Positions 11,201 through 24,362 of a stretch of 64,000 nt of DNA are shown piece by piece; positions within the stretch are counted from its first letter, which is position 1, and each line of letters starts with the position of its first letter. The translations under genes were made by a program, and so were the position numbers. Source of the stretch: Selaginella moellendorffii (Eukaryota > Plantae > Lycopodiophyta); contig NW_003314303.1 of assembly GCF_000143415.4 (NCBI RefSeq), positions 904,613-968,612 of the forward strand. Direction: 5' to 3'. Below the pieces are notes generated by a model that was not told the origin of the DNA, did not search any database, and saw only the letters and a program-made list of their open reading frames with translations.

Positions 11201-12340
11201 TGTGGCTAAACAAGGACAAAGTCTTTGTTTGGGTTAAGGAATATGATTCCTAGTTCAAAGTGTTGATTTGAACTATTAATAAAGGTGTGGCTTGGTTGAG
11301 GTGACCAAGTGGGAAGAACACCTAAGGGAAATGAGCTATGTCAATGCTATGGCATAGTAAGTCCAAGGAAAGTAGTCTCTATAAAAGATCCAAGGGAGGG
11401 TCTCAAAAAGTTGGGCCGTGGATAAAGCCCACGACAGAAAATGTTAAAGAGACGTACTAGGGGTGAACACCCTTTGGACTTGGCAAAACAAAGTGTTTGC
11501 TATGGAACCAAAAGGAAACCTCAAAAATAGAGGTAGCGATCCTATGTTGCTTGGTGCAACAATCCAAGGATAGGAGCAAAAGACGAGTGCCCAAGATAGG
11601 GCGGTGGAATCCGTTGGAAAGAATCCAAGTGGCAAAGTTAGCCAAAGAACACTAATGTGTTTGGTGCTAATGGATTGCGGAAAAAGAAGTGGACTTCCAA
11701 GGACGGATTCCCAAGTGCTCCAATTTGGCAAATGAAAGGCTCCAAGTGAGGGAGCAACTAAGTAGCCAAAAGATAGGGCCGTGGACAGCCCTAACACAAA
11801 TAATGATAAATGGAACGTAATGCCAATGGTGGCACAAAAATAGAAAAGAGGATGAGGGTGCCCTCGAGTAGAGAACTTCCTAGGAGGGGAAGTGGAGTTG
11901 CATAAAATGTGCAAGGCAAGGTGTCGGAGACACCTAGGAAATTGACTTCAAGAAGTCAAAAGTAAACGTTCCAAAGTGCAAAGATAGATCAATGGAATCT
12001 ATGACTACTCAAGAATGAGTAGTGGAATTGAGTTAGAGAGGGTGTCTCTAACGGGTTTAGCGAGGACTGAACCAATAAAAAGGAGCAACCCACCCCAAGT
12101 GGTCAAGTGAGTCTCTAAGTTGGAGAGACTATCCTCCTTAGAGGATGGGCAAGGCATGGTGAGCCTTTGGTGTCAAACCATTGACGAATATGGAGAAGGC
12201 CTGGTGAGCCTTCAATGTCAAACCATTGACAAATATTGGCTAGGTGCCAAGGATGGAAATGGTAACAAATGCGGGTGTTACTTTATAAAATGGTTTACCG
12301 TTCGATGAGGACATCAAACTTCGTCTATGGGTGGTGGAGT

Positions 12341-14041
12341 TGTGAGATACAAAATCCCTAGGCCCCAGAGTGGAGCTGGAAAGGGTGCCACATGGTAATG
12401 GCCGAAGCGAAAGCCAAACGAGCGTAACACGTTTGGACTAAAAGCTCCGACTTGGAAGGTCGAGAGTGGGAGTGGAACTCCCAACAATGGCTCGAGGAAC
12501 AAGCACGAAGCGAGCAATAAGTGAGACTCCAAAAAGGGACCCAAAAGGACCAACACATGACACGTGGAGGAGTCCGAGATGGAGTCCGAGGTGGAGTCCG
12601 AGATGGAGTCCAAAGTGGAGTCCGAGATGGACCGAGACGGAGTCCGAGATGGAGTCCGAGGTGGAGTCTGAGATGGAGTCCAAAGTGGAGTCCGAGATGG
12701 AGTCCGAGATGGACCCGAGATGGAGTCCGAGATGGAGTCCGAGGTGGACCGAGACGGAGTCCGAGATGGACCCGAGATGGAGTCCGAGATGGAGTCTGAG
12801 GTGGACCGAGACGGAGTCCGAGATGGACCCGAGATGGAGTCTGAGATGGACCGAGATGGAGTCCGAGATGGAGTCCGAGATGGAGTCCGAGAAGGACCCG
12901 AGATGGAGTCCGAGGTCGAGACCAAGACTGAGACCGAGACCGAGACCGAGACCGGGATCGAGACCGGGACCGAGACCGAGACCAAGGCCAAGGCTGAGAC
13001 TGAGCCTGAGTCCGAGTCCGAGTCTGAGTCCGAGTTCGAGTCTGAGAGGGTGAAAGCCCAAAGCGTTCGTCTTCCAGACCCTGGGGGGTTTGGTGAGCTC
13101 CAAAAGTATAGTAGGGGGAGGACTACAGTGGAGCCAGTTTGGCCAGGAAAGGCCAGTTTGGCCCAGGAAGGCCAGACCCAGTGTTGGGTGATGAACTAAC
13201 CACTGGGAAGTCCAAGACTAAAGTGAATACGGACCGACAAGCGGGGTAGCTTGGTGAAGTGTTCAAGAGCCGGCTCTAGTTCCCCCGGGAGATCGACTGG
13301 CCGATGCTCCTAGTCCAAGTGTGGGTGGCACTACCTACTTGGATACCAGGCGTGGCTCAATGGAACCTCGCTCTAAGCCCATGGCTAGAGCACCTAAAGG
13401 CGAAAGGCGGGGAGAGTACCCAGGTGGTTCGCGTAAGGCCACGGTGTTCCAAAATGTTGTCCCAAAGGCCTAGACTGTGGAAAGGAAGAGGAGCAGTCCT
13501 CTAGGGTAGTGACCAAGGACACAGTCGTTTGGTGAGGAAGTCCCAGAGGACCATGGGACTTAGGGGCCGGGCCTGTGGGCCTCGATCCAGTGGCAGTGTT
13601 GGCAAACACGGCCAGGGGCAGAAAGGGACTTGGTAGGAACTGACAAAGGGACTTTGGGGAAGGCAATTCCCCAGGTCTGTGGGCATCCTAAGGATGCTAA
13701 GGAGTGGATCTAGGATGACCACTCGTGGACAGATGGCCCAGTCTTGGAGAGACGGGATTGTGATGCAAGTGGTATTGGACCACTAGTGCAGCAAAGGTGA
13801 ATGGGCATGGCCTTAGTGTAACGGGCCGAGATGTCAGTGGTACCTTTGGGTGTCGGTCTTGGGACCGGACACGAGGAGCACTTGGACCAGGTGCAAGTGT
13901 TGAGTGGCATGGATGCCATTCTTGGGGCTAGCAAGTCCCAAGTCCTGAATTGGACTTAAGAAGGTTGTGAGTGAGACTCCTCCAAGTGGTCAAAGGTGTG
14001 GTTAAGTGACTAAAGTAGAATGGAAAAATTAGTCGCTTACA
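12341..14041 (+). repeat. 3' LTR of element 2 (1701 bp)
   Basis: TGTGAG...GCTTACA. Confidence 0.95.
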
Positions 14042-17000
14042 ACAGTAGAATTAACCTACTCACAACAAAGAGTTGTATATCATAATTGCTACTGTGAAGG
14101 AATGGCAACATTATCTATATGGATCGAACTTCCATGTAGATTCAAATCATTAGTCTCTCCAAATGTGGATCTTCGAGGCCACCTTGTTCATTGGCAAGAG
14201 TTCTTGCAGAAAATATTTGTTAAGATCCAGTACAAGCATGGAGGTGACAATAAGATGGCTGATGCATTATCCAGGATGGTAAATTCTATCTCATTCATGA
14301 AGCTATCCAATGATCTCTTAGATGAGCTTAAGGAGTTTGTTGACTTCGATTGCTTTATCACTAGTATTCATGTGAGGGTTTTGTTGAGGGACGCTTTTAT
14401 AGATTTGAAGGGTGACAAATTTGTGTCATTCAAAATACAAGATGGAATCCTAGTGAAGAAGGAACATGTAATGGTTCCTCGTGTTGACAAACTCATGATG
14501 TGCCAAATGCTGGGCATCTAAGGGTATGAAAAGGTTTTTTTTTGGCCAAATGTTAAGAAGTACATATATGATTGTTTGACCTGCCAAGTGGTCAAAGTTG
14601 ATCATCAGAAGCTTGTTAGCCTCTATCATCCTTTATGTGTACCTGAGAATAAGTGGGATAACATCTCGATGAACTTTATCACTAGTTTGCCCAAAACCTT
14701 TTGAAGAAATGATATTATTTGGGTTATTGTGGATCATTTGACGAAGATGGCTCATGTAAGCGACTAAATTTTCCATTCTATTTTAGTCACTTAACTACAC
14801 CTTTGACCACTTGGAGAAGTCTCATTCACAACTTCCATAAGTCCTTTTCCGGACTTGGGGACTTATTAGCCCCAAGAATGGCATCCGTGCCACTCAACTG
14901 TTGCACTTGGTCCAAGTGCTCCATGTGCCTGGTCCCAAGACCGACACCCCAAGGTACCACTGATATACTAGCCCGTTACGCTAAGGCCATGCCCCTTCAC
15001 CTTGGTCACACCGGTGGTCCAACATTACCTGCATCGTAGTCCTGTCTCTCTAGGATTGGGCCATCTGTCCAGGAGTGACCATCCAAGATCCACTCCTTAG
15101 CATCCTTAAAATGCCCACAGATATGGGCAACAGCCTTCCCCAATATCCCTTTTACAGTCCCCACCAAATCCCTTTTCTGCCCATGGCTATGTTCGCCAAC
15201 ACTGCCACTAGGACAAGGCCCATAGGCCCGACCACTAAGTCCCACTGTCTTCTAGGACTTCCTCACCATATGACCGTATCATTGGTCACTACACCAGAGG
15301 ACCACTCCTCTTCCTTTCTATAGTTTGGGGCTTTAGGACAACATTTTGGAACACTGTGGCCTTACGCAAGCCTCATGGGTACTCTCCCCACCTTTCATCT
15401 TTTGGTGCTCTAGCCATGGGCTTAGAGCAAGGTTCTGTTGAGCCACACCAGGTATCCAAGTAGGTAGTGCCACCCAAACTTGGATTGGGAGCATTGATCA
15501 TTCGATCTCCCGGGGGAATTAGAGTTGGCTCTTGAACACTTCACCAAGCTACCCCACTTGACAGTCCATATTCACTTTAGTTTTGGACCTCCTAGTGGTT
15601 ATCCCGTCACCCAACACCTGGGCACGGCCTTCCTGGGCCAAACTAGCCTTTCCTGGCCAAACTGGCTCCACTGGAGTCCTCCCCCTATTATACTTTTGAA
15701 GCTCACCAAACCTCCAGGGTCTGGGAGATGAACGCTTTAGGCTTTCACCCTCTCAGACTCGAACTCGGACTCGGACTTGGACTCGAACTCGAACTCGGGC
15801 TTGGGCTTGGTCTCGGCCTCAGCCTCGGCCTCGGTCTCGGTCTCGGTCCGGTCTCGGTCTTGGTCCCGTTCTCGGTCTCGGTCCCGGTCTCAGTCTTGGT
15901 CTCGGTCTCGACTTCAAACTCCATCTCGGGTCCTTCTCGGACTCCATCTCGGATTCCATTTCGGGTCCATCTCAGTCCATCTCGAACTCCATCTCGGACT
16001 CCATCTTAGGTCCATCTCAGACTCAATCTCGGGTCCATCTTGGGTCCATCTCGGGTCCACCTCAAACCCCACCTCGAACTCCATCTTGGACTCCATCTCA
16101 GACTCCACCTCGGACACTTTCACGTGTCATGTTTTGGTCCACTTGTGTCCCCTTTTCTAGAGACTCACTTATGGCTCACCTCGTGCTTGTTCCTCGAGCA
16201 CTTCGTTGGGAGTTCCACTCCCACTCTTGACCTTTTCAAATCGGAGCTTTTAGTCCAAATGTGTTACGCTCGTTTGGCTTTCGCTTCGGCCACTACCACA
16301 TGGCACCCTTTCGGCTCCACTTTGGGGCCTAGGGATTTTGTGTCTCACAGCTCACTTCTTCCTGCTAAAGATGACGATAAAAGCTTCTAAACTTGCTCAG
16401 TTGTTTGTAGACCTGTTATTCAGTCTTTATGTTTTGCCAAGTCTGATTAGAATCCTAAGTTCATGTCCAAGTTTTGGCAAACGGTCTTTAAGAACTAAAG
16501 ACTAAGCTAAGTATGAGTAGTGGTGAGCATCCACAATCAGATGGGCAGACAAAGCATATGAATCAGCTATTAGAAGATATGTTGAGGTCTTTTGTGAGAA
16601 ACTTGACTCAACAAGGAGTATGGGAGAAATATTTGCCTTTACTTCAATTTGCTCACAATAGTGCTTATTAATCAATTATTGGCATGTCTCCTTTTATGGC
16701 AATGTATCGCTATGAGCCTAGGTCTTCTATGAGTTTGAATTTGGCTTTGGTTCGGGTACCTCATGCTTGTGATTTCCTGGAGGATATGCAAGACAAGCTT
16801 GAGTTGGCAAAGTTAAACATGGGGCAAGCTCAAGAGCAAAACAAAAGATTGGCTAATGAACATTGTCATCATCAAAAGTACAAAGTTGGTGACAAGGTAT
16901 TCCTTAAGCTGTCAGATGCACAACAGTCTCTAAAAGGAGGTGGTAGTGCTAAGTTGTCTCTACAATATTGTAGGCTTTGGACAATTTATAGCATGTGGGG

Positions 17001-17696
17001 GATCTTGCATACACTTTGGACTTGCCAACTAGTTCAAAGATTCATCCAATGTTCTATGTGAGCAAACTTAAAGTGTGTTTGCACTCTGGTGATGTAGTGG
17101 ATCAGTCCATCAACCAGGTCCCAGAGATTGATGTAGAGAAGGCTGGTCCAGCCAATATTCTTGCTCAAAGATTGGTCAAAACACGCTGGAAGACAACTAA
17201 AGAGTTGTTAGTTCAGTGGAATGGCTATTCTATGGACGGAGTTACATGAAAAAGTAAAGATGATATGAAGAGAGTGTTTCCGAGTTTTGGTTATGACTTG
17301 GATGACATTCCTAAGGAAGGGGAGAATTGAGTTCTATAGCCATATTGCTATATGCTTTAAGCCATTTGTTCTATTCTTATTCTCTTGTTTCCATGACTGT
17401 ATTGTCATGTGAGAAAGCTATATTTCTTTCTTTCTTTCGTGACCGTTTGTCGCGACGCTAGTGTTGCCATTTGCACATCTTTTCTCCATGGCCATATTGC
17501 CTTAGACTCCCTTTATGTGAGGCTCATTTAGCTTCTCAAAGTTGCTGTATGTGGCTAGGTCATGAGGGAAGGGAGAATGACACAAACCATAAGAATATTC
17601 TAAAAATATTCCATGGCCTGTGGGATTTAAAGCCGTAACACTTTAAGAGCTAGGCCTAGGGAGGTAGGCCTAGGGTTCACTCTCCTATTCGTTTCA
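14042..17696 (+). mobile_element. Degenerate Ty3/gypsy chromovirus, 3' part (RNase H, integrase, chromodomain, PPT, short 3' LTR ~17578-17696)
   Basis: RNase H ELYIIIATVKEWQHYLYG; YKHGGDNKMADALSR; integrase WVIVDHLTKMAH, HPQSDGQT, MSPFMAMY; IHPMFYVSKLK; chromodomain-like ELLVQWNGY. Purine tracts at 17313-17327 and 17564-17577, TGACAC...GTTTCA end, many stops and frameshifts. Confidence 0.85.
14755..16349 (-). mobile_element. Solo LTR of the LARD family inserted in the gypsy integrase
   Basis: Reverse complement of the LTR; perfect 5-bp TSD GCTCA at 14750-14754 and 16350-16354. Confidence 0.95.
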
Positions 17697-19528
17697 ATAT
17701 GTATGCCAAGTGTGGTGGCATAGACGATGCTCGGCACGTTTTCGAGAGCATGGAGAGGTGGCTCATGCTGGGCTATGCCCAGAGTGGCGATGGCCAAGCT
17801 GCACCTGAGCTCTTCCAGGTGATGGAACGCGCAGGACACTTGGACTTTCGTTGTTGCAGTGAAGGCTTGCTCGAGCCTGGCTATGGCGGCAAAGGAAGGA
17901 TCATCTAGCGCAAGAGCCATGAGAGCTCTTGAGACCGGCATGGCTGTTCATCGCGAAGCTCGCAAGAGTGGATTCGAGTCAGATGCTTTCGTGGCTTGCG
18001 GACTTGTGGATTTGTATGCGAAGTGTGGGAATATGGAGGATGCGAGGAGGATCTTTGAGCACTTCGCCAGCCACGACGTTGTCTCGTGGACGGCGTTGAT
18101 ACTTGGCTATGGTGACAATGGCGAGAACGAGGTGGCGGTGGAGCTCTTCTTGCGCATGGTTCACCAGGGATACCATGCAAACGCTCGGACTTTCGTGGCA
18201 GTGATCAAGGGTTGCAGCAGCCTTGCCGAGGAGGAGCAAGGCGGAAGTGTGATAAAGTTTCACGCTCTCACCACTGGAATGGCGATCCATCGCCTCGCAG
18301 CTGTGAACGGTGGCTGCGATTCCAGGGACGTTTTCGTGGGGAACACTTTGATCGACATGTATGCAACGTGTGGAACTATGGTGGATTTCTGGCGAGTTTT
18401 CGATGCGATGCTTACACGGGGTGTGGTCTCGTACAACGCAATCATGCTGGGCTATGCCGAGAATGATGGCGAGGCTATGGCGCTCGAGCTACTCGCGGCC
18501 ATGCACAGGGAAGAACCACGCGTTGTAGCGAATAGCTTGATCTACCTTGCTGCTGTGAAGGCTTGCAATCACTTGGCATCGCGAGAAGAAGCCAGGACTT
18601 CGATGGAAGAGCTGTGAAGATCGAGAGCCTGGAGAAAGGCATGGCTGTTCATGCTCGAGCTACGGAAGCCGGGTGTGATCGAGATCTTTTAGTGGCGAGC
18701 AGCCTGATCGATATGTACTCGCGAGCTGGAAGCATGGAGGATTCGCACAGGGCCTTTGATCAAATGGAGAGCCACGATGTAGTGTCATGGACGGGGCTCG
18801 TCTCCGGCTACGCTGAGAATGGCGATGGCGAGAGCTCCCTGGCGGTGTTCTTCGCGATGGTGGACGAGGGAGTGGAGCCCGACTCATGGACACTCGCGGC
18901 GGCGCTCAAGGCGTGCAGATCCATCGCCTCGAGCAAAGCTGGGCGACGTCTCCATGGCGAGATTTGCCGGCATGGACTGGAGGGCGATACCATCGTGGTC
19001 ACCGGTTTGATTGACTTCTATGGGAAGTGTGCTACCATGGCCTACGCTCAGCGTGTCTTTGACGGTTCCATGGTTGCCGCGCAGGACGTGGTTGCATGGA
19101 CGGCTCTAGTGTCCGGCTATGGCCGCCAAGGTGACGTGAAGTTCGTGTTTGTGACGTTCCAGGCGATGGTGGACACTGGCGTGAGGCCGGGTGGTGTGAC
19201 CCTGCTGTGTGTGCTAGCCGCGTGTAGCCATGCAGGGCTTGTGGAACGAGGGAAACGATTGTTTGGATCGATGAGAGAGAAGTATGGGATTGATCCTGGG
19301 CGAGAGCACTACCACTGCGTGATTGATATGCTGGGGCGAGCAAACCATCTGGAGGAGGCGCTGGAGATTGTGAGATCGATGCCTTTCCAAGCGGGTGTCG
19401 TGACCTGGATGATGATCTTGAGCGCTTGTAGGAAGTGGAAGAACACGAGAGTTGGAAGTGAAGCATTTGATGCGTTGGTTGGAATGGATGTGAGGGTGAA
19501 ATCGCCAGCGTCATGTTTATGAGAGCTA
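17697..19528 (+). pseudogene. PPR-A copy 1, PLS-E class PPR, interrupted by the retroelement stack, with deletions and frameshifts
   Basis: ORF pieces 17699-17908, 17859-18617 and 18563-19522 match the 816-aa copy at 50920. Confidence 0.9.
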
Positions 19529-21154
19529 AGATCTTATCTATTGGCGGGAGCTCTTTGAATTTACGCCGTTGGATTTAGGGTTCTTGCTAGATCTTTTGCA
19601 ATGCTGATGTTCTCTCCAACTCTATCTATGCTCCATCGTTTAAGATCTCCTCTTGACTTGACAGGTCTCCCAGTCGGATTCAAGGAAATGTGTAGACTGA
19701 AGACTGGAAACGATACACGAAGCTTAAGATCGGTCTCTGGAAAGAAGCCTAGTATTGTTTAGATTATTCTTCCTAGGATGTCATGTTACAGATGCTGTTT
19801 TCTCAAAGGAAAACCCCGAAGCCTACACAGTCTAGCCCGAGCTATAGAACTTCCAAAAATCTTGGAAGTAAAGATGCTCGATCAAGAGAGATCTTTGCCA
19901 GAGTGTTTGCAGACTCCACTTTCTAAAGGTATTATGTACTTTTCTCGTCTTGTCACTACTACTCACTTTCTTGCGCAGGCTTTCTGCCAAATACAAAAGA
20001 GTCCCTTTTGCCACCGGTCCGAGTCATGAGAATTTCCCCATGCTATGCTTTAAGTTCATATTGCATTAGTTCAGGCCTTGGATGATCTGGATCGCGTGTG
20101 CTTTGTGCCACTTGCAGCCGAACTCTTGCAGCCGATTGTTGATTTCCAAAGTATCTTGTGCTCGTTGTTTATTAATCAGGGCTTTTTATTTACCAGCAAA
20201 AAACCAAAAAACTGGGCATAGTTTCATTGAGCACGAAAAAAAGTTTCTTGTGTCCTTGGTGTGAACTGCTTCTTAAGACTTAAGCCGCGTTTACATTTCT
20301 GACCATGGAAGGCATGCATGCTTCTATATGTCACGCAAAGCGATAAAAGGATGCTCAAGCATTTGCAGGTATTTTTTGATTAATGTCTGTTTTCATCTCC
20401 TAGTTTCACCCTTCCACAGGTGCCAATGTGGAGCGAGCTCGAACAGAAAAAAGCTTCCAAGAAGACATAAATCGATTTGCTGCATTGACTGATCACCTTT
20501 CTTCCTTAGGAACAATGACACTTGAAACAGAAAAACTCATTTTCGAGCAGAAATAATCAGTGATGTGAATAGTAGTTCATCCTGGAGTGTTTGTAACATC
20601 TCTGAGAGAAATTTGTTTGACAGTCTAGCAGTTCTCCAAGAGAAGGTTTATAGCCAAGCTTCCCCGCATTGTAGCTGAATCTCAGCCTAGATCTTGGCAG
20701 GAGGGACTCCAATTCCTTGGTCTCATGTTAGGAGATTCTAGTCCGTGACACCATGACCATGCTTTCTCACTCGGTTTCTCCTTCTCTCACTCGTTTCCCT
20801 TTCTCTTTGCTCGTCCTTTCCCTTTCTTTTTGCTGCACATAAGGGTGACAAATAAAGGTCTTTTTTTACACCCTTATTTCTGGTCGCAAATTCTGATGGT
20901 GGCTGTTTCTAATTATTAAACAGTGTTTCTTACACAAATCACATTTCTTTTTCATTCTCCCATGGCTTAAGCTAATGATCCTTCATTCTAATTGTGATGG
21001 AACTACTGATTAATTGATGAGGGTGCAGTTGAGCTCGATATCTCCATATTTTGACCTTGTTGTTAGCTACATCACAAGAGGTTTTGAGTAAACTATAGAA
21101 TAAACTTATATAAAAAAAAATTTGGATGGGTCAGTATCATAAATTATATTACAA

Positions 21155-21449
21155 TTTTTGGTTTGAGATGGTAATGGATATACCTAGAAAATGCTTGGAT
21201 ATTCTAGGATATTCTATCATCTAACGGTTGTTATTCATTTAGATTAATTTTGTATTTATAATTTATAAACATGTCTATAATTTTTAAACTTTCTTAAACT
21301 CTTTCTAGTATATTCTTTTTTATTCTATCATCTAATGGTTGATATGCAATAAGATTAATCTTATGTTTATAAATTACAAACATGCTTATAATTATAAAAT
21401 TTATTTGATTATTAAACAAACCAAGCGATGCAACATGTAACAATTTATT
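21155..21449 (+). mobile_element. AT-rich ~300-bp non-autonomous element (Helentron/HINE-like or MITE), copy A
   Basis: TTTTTGGTTTG...TTAAACAAACCAA plus decayed 3' stem-loop; unit 3 has the empty T-run site at ~55139-55143. Confidence 0.65.
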
Positions 21450-21831
21450 ACGAGATTACATCAAAGCTTTCAAGTTGGACCTCTCTCCTTGGAACTGACA
21501 AGAAACGCAACACACAAAACTGCAGTTCGGAGCAGCAAGCTGGTGGTGCTCCAAAATCCTTGCAGACTTTGCTGGATTGAAGCGTCTGGAGCAGCCCATG
21601 CTTCATCTCCTATTGCCAAGATGAAACAAAAGAGCTCTCTCCTTTTCAATGGAAGTGGGGGACCGGCCTGATGCTGCAGAGCAGTTGATATCCCGCCGAG
21701 GGTGGACCATCATCAAGGCTTTTTGTGCGGCTCCTCCGCAGAAAAAGAATTTGTAAGAGCAATCTTTTATTTTTTTTTTAATTCACACATTAGCAGATTT
21801 ACATGGTCCTTATGTAAGAGCAACATTATTT

Positions 21832-22782
21832 TTATAAATATTTTTTTATCCACTCATGTTCGAGGACCTTTTCCAAAGTAAACCTCCTTCCGGGATCCAA
21901 TTCCGTCATGCCTTGGATAAGCTGCCTTGCAGAAAGGGATGGAATGCTATCCCAATCCATAGAATTGTGATGGAGGTTCCTTAAATTTCGATCTCGCTTG
22001 CGTGCATTCTTAAATACCACCTCCACATCCATATTTGGGAACGGACAAGTTGCCGTGAGACAAGTGTAAAGCAGCATCCCTAAGCCCCACACATCGCTGG
22101 CTGTGATATAGCGCCCATCGAGCATCGCTTCGGGGGACATATAATCCCACGTCCCAGCCCCACGCTCGTTCCACGGATCCTCCATCCAGCAAGCCATCCC
22201 AAAGTCGGACACCTTTGGGACATAAAACTTCCCAGGCCGCGGGTACTTCAGCAAAACATTCGCGGGCTTCAGGTCGCAGTGGATGATCTCGTTGTCATGA
22301 ACCCTCTTTAGCGTCTTGGCGAGAGCTATGACGATCTTTGCAGATTCTTCCTCATCAAGCTGCCCCTTGTACTTGATCCGGTCGTGAAGGCTGCAATTGC
22401 ACAGCTCAAGAACAAGGTGGTACACCTCCCCGTACTGATTGGGCTCTTCTCGTATGAGCTGCTCGAAGTGGACGAGCCCCTGCTCATCGAGACCCTTGAG
22501 TGACACCTCTAGCATAGCCATCAGCCGAGCTTCAAACAGCCCATCGGGCCCATGGACCGTCTTGATCGCAAAAACCTTCCCATCACTCCTTCGGAATGCC
22601 TTGTACACCGTCGCTTGCCCTCCACCCCCAATCGATTTCTCTAGTTTATATTTCTCTACCAGCGCTGGGTGTTCCTCACAGAGTTTCTCATCCAGGACCG
22701 TGTGGTAATCCATCCCTTGCCTAAGTTTTTTGTGCATATAATTGTCTAAACTATGCTCGCGCTCGCGCTCGCGCTTAACCAT
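21832..22782 (-). CDS. Single-exon Ser/Thr protein kinase (CAMK-like, non-RD), copy 1, 316 aa
   Basis: [41 protein letters not shown], all in an intact ORF. Confidence 0.9.
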   Translation of the reverse strand: MVKREREREHSLDNYMHKKLRQGMDYHTVLDEKLCEEHPALVEKYKLEKSIGGGGQATVYKAFRRSDGKVFAIKTVHGPDGLFEARLMAMLEVSLKGLDEQGLVHFEQLIREEPNQYGEVYHLVLELCNCSLHDRIKYKGQLDEEESAKIVIALAKTLKRVHDNEIIHCDLKPANVLLKYPRPGKFYVPKVSDFGMACWMEDPWNERGAGTWDYMSPEAMLDGRYITASDVWGLGMLLYTCLTATCPFPNMDVEVVFKNARKRDRNLRNLHHNSMDWDSIPSLSARQLIQGMTELDPGRRFTLEKVLEHEWIKKYL

Positions 22783-22899
22783 CTCGAATGAGCACTAGGG
22801 CTTGTTTGTAAAGGCAGAATCTTAGTTTATGCATCTTTTATTTTAAATGTATCATGTTTAAGTGAACATTTCCTGGAATGCCAAGTGTGGAAGCATGAG

Positions 22900-23856
22900 A
22901 AACTCTCGGCGATGGGATTGAGAACCACGACGTTGTCTCCTGGACGGTATTGGTTCTGGGATACGCTCAAAACCGGCAGGAAGATTTGGCTCTCGAGCTC
23001 TTCTCCCAGATGGAAGCTGCTATGATCAATCCAGATTGCTCGAGTTTTCTCGCGGCTATCAAAACTTGCTCTAGTCTGGCTGCGCGAGAGGAGATTGATG
23101 CGTCGTTGGCTGTGAAGATTAAGAGCTTGGAACGAGCTTTGGCGATTCACTCTCACGCATCAAGCTCTCGCGGCTTCAAGTTGGAGGCGAGGAGACATAC
23201 ACTTGGCAAACGCGATGGTGGACTTGTATGGCAAGTGTGAAAGTCTAGAAGATGCTCGCAGGGTGTTTGATTCGATGGAGCAGCACGACATCGTTTCCTG
23301 GACATCGATCATCACAGGCTATGCTCACGAGAGCCGAGATGGAGACGAAGCTTTCCTTCTCTTCTCTTCCATGCAAGAACAACGATTTAAACCCGATCGT
23401 TTAGCTTGTCTCGCCGCTATCAAGGCTTGTAGCGTAATCACAGAGAAGAAAATGGGATTTAGACGTAGAATCTCTCGAGAAAGCAATGAAAATCCACTCG
23501 TGGATCTCGCAGCTTGGCCTGGAGAGAGATCCGGCAGTCTGGTTGATATGTATGCCAAGTGTGGAAGCTTGATCATGGACGCTCGCAGGGTATTTGATAA
23601 AATCTTAGATCGCGACATAGTTTTGTGGAACTCTTTCCTGTTTGGATGTGTTTACATTGGCGAGGACGAGCTTGCGTTGGAATGCTATGCAGCCCTGGAA
23701 GTTGCTCTAAACTCTCAAACCTTTCTTGCGTTGTTGCCAGTTTGCAGGAACCTGGGAGATTTGAAGCTCGGGAAGCTCTTCCACGCACAGATTCTCCGGC
23801 AGGGACTGGAAGGGAGTTCTGTGGGGATTTCCCTGCTTGTGTTGCGGACCACATAG
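22900..23856 (+). pseudogene. PPR-B copy 1 (frameshifted PLS PPR)
   Basis: LYGKC, DIVSWTSII and LVDMYAKCGS motifs split across frames. Confidence 0.8.
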
Positions 23857-24158
23857 AAATCGCTTCCTGCTTCCTGATGTTGTCAATCTTTCCATCACTT
23901 TCTTTTCTCCAGGTCCGAATCACAGCGAAAAGTGGAGCTACCTCTCTGATACAATGGCAGCAATCGGTGGTGGCTCTGCGAAACCTTTGTGGCAAAAATC
24001 CAATGTGAGAGCTTGGCGAGAGCTTGTTGACAACACCAAGCTTGCTCTCGAGCTCGGTGACTGTGTAAACTCGCTGGTAGCCGCAAAACCAAGGCTCTCA
24101 AGACTCCAACAGGGATCACCCCTTCAAAGATTGTTTGGCGCGAATCCTCAAATATACA

Positions 24159-24362
24159 TCAAAGTTTTTTCTCAAGTGCATCTTTTCCTACTCGCATGCT
24201 CCGAAATGCTTGGAACGCAGCGATGGCGTCTCCTCGAGCGCCATGTCCTGCAATCAAAGTATTCCATGCCACAGTGTTGGGAGACGCAATGGAGCTCTCA
24301 AACACAAGCTCGGCGACCTCGACGCTCCCGCATTTACAGTAGAAGTCGAGACTACATATCAC
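24159..24362 (-). pseudogene. PPR fragment (copies at 43095-43298 and ~57886-58080)
   Basis: LDFYCKCGSVEVAELVFES...NTVAWNTLIAG. Confidence 0.65.

Larger units (their letters stand above)
7613..14041 (+). mobile_element. Non-autonomous LTR retrotransposon (LARD-like), element 2; 5' LTR interrupted by element 1
   Basis: Residual 5' LTR 7613-8226, PBS 8230-8241, interior 8227-12340 colinear with element 1, 3' LTR 12341-14041. About 5 differences in 614 bp between its LTRs. Confidence 0.9.

Noticed and set aside
12151-12240. 45-bp tandem duplication unique to element 2
   Set aside because: Ordinary slippage duplication with no evidence of function
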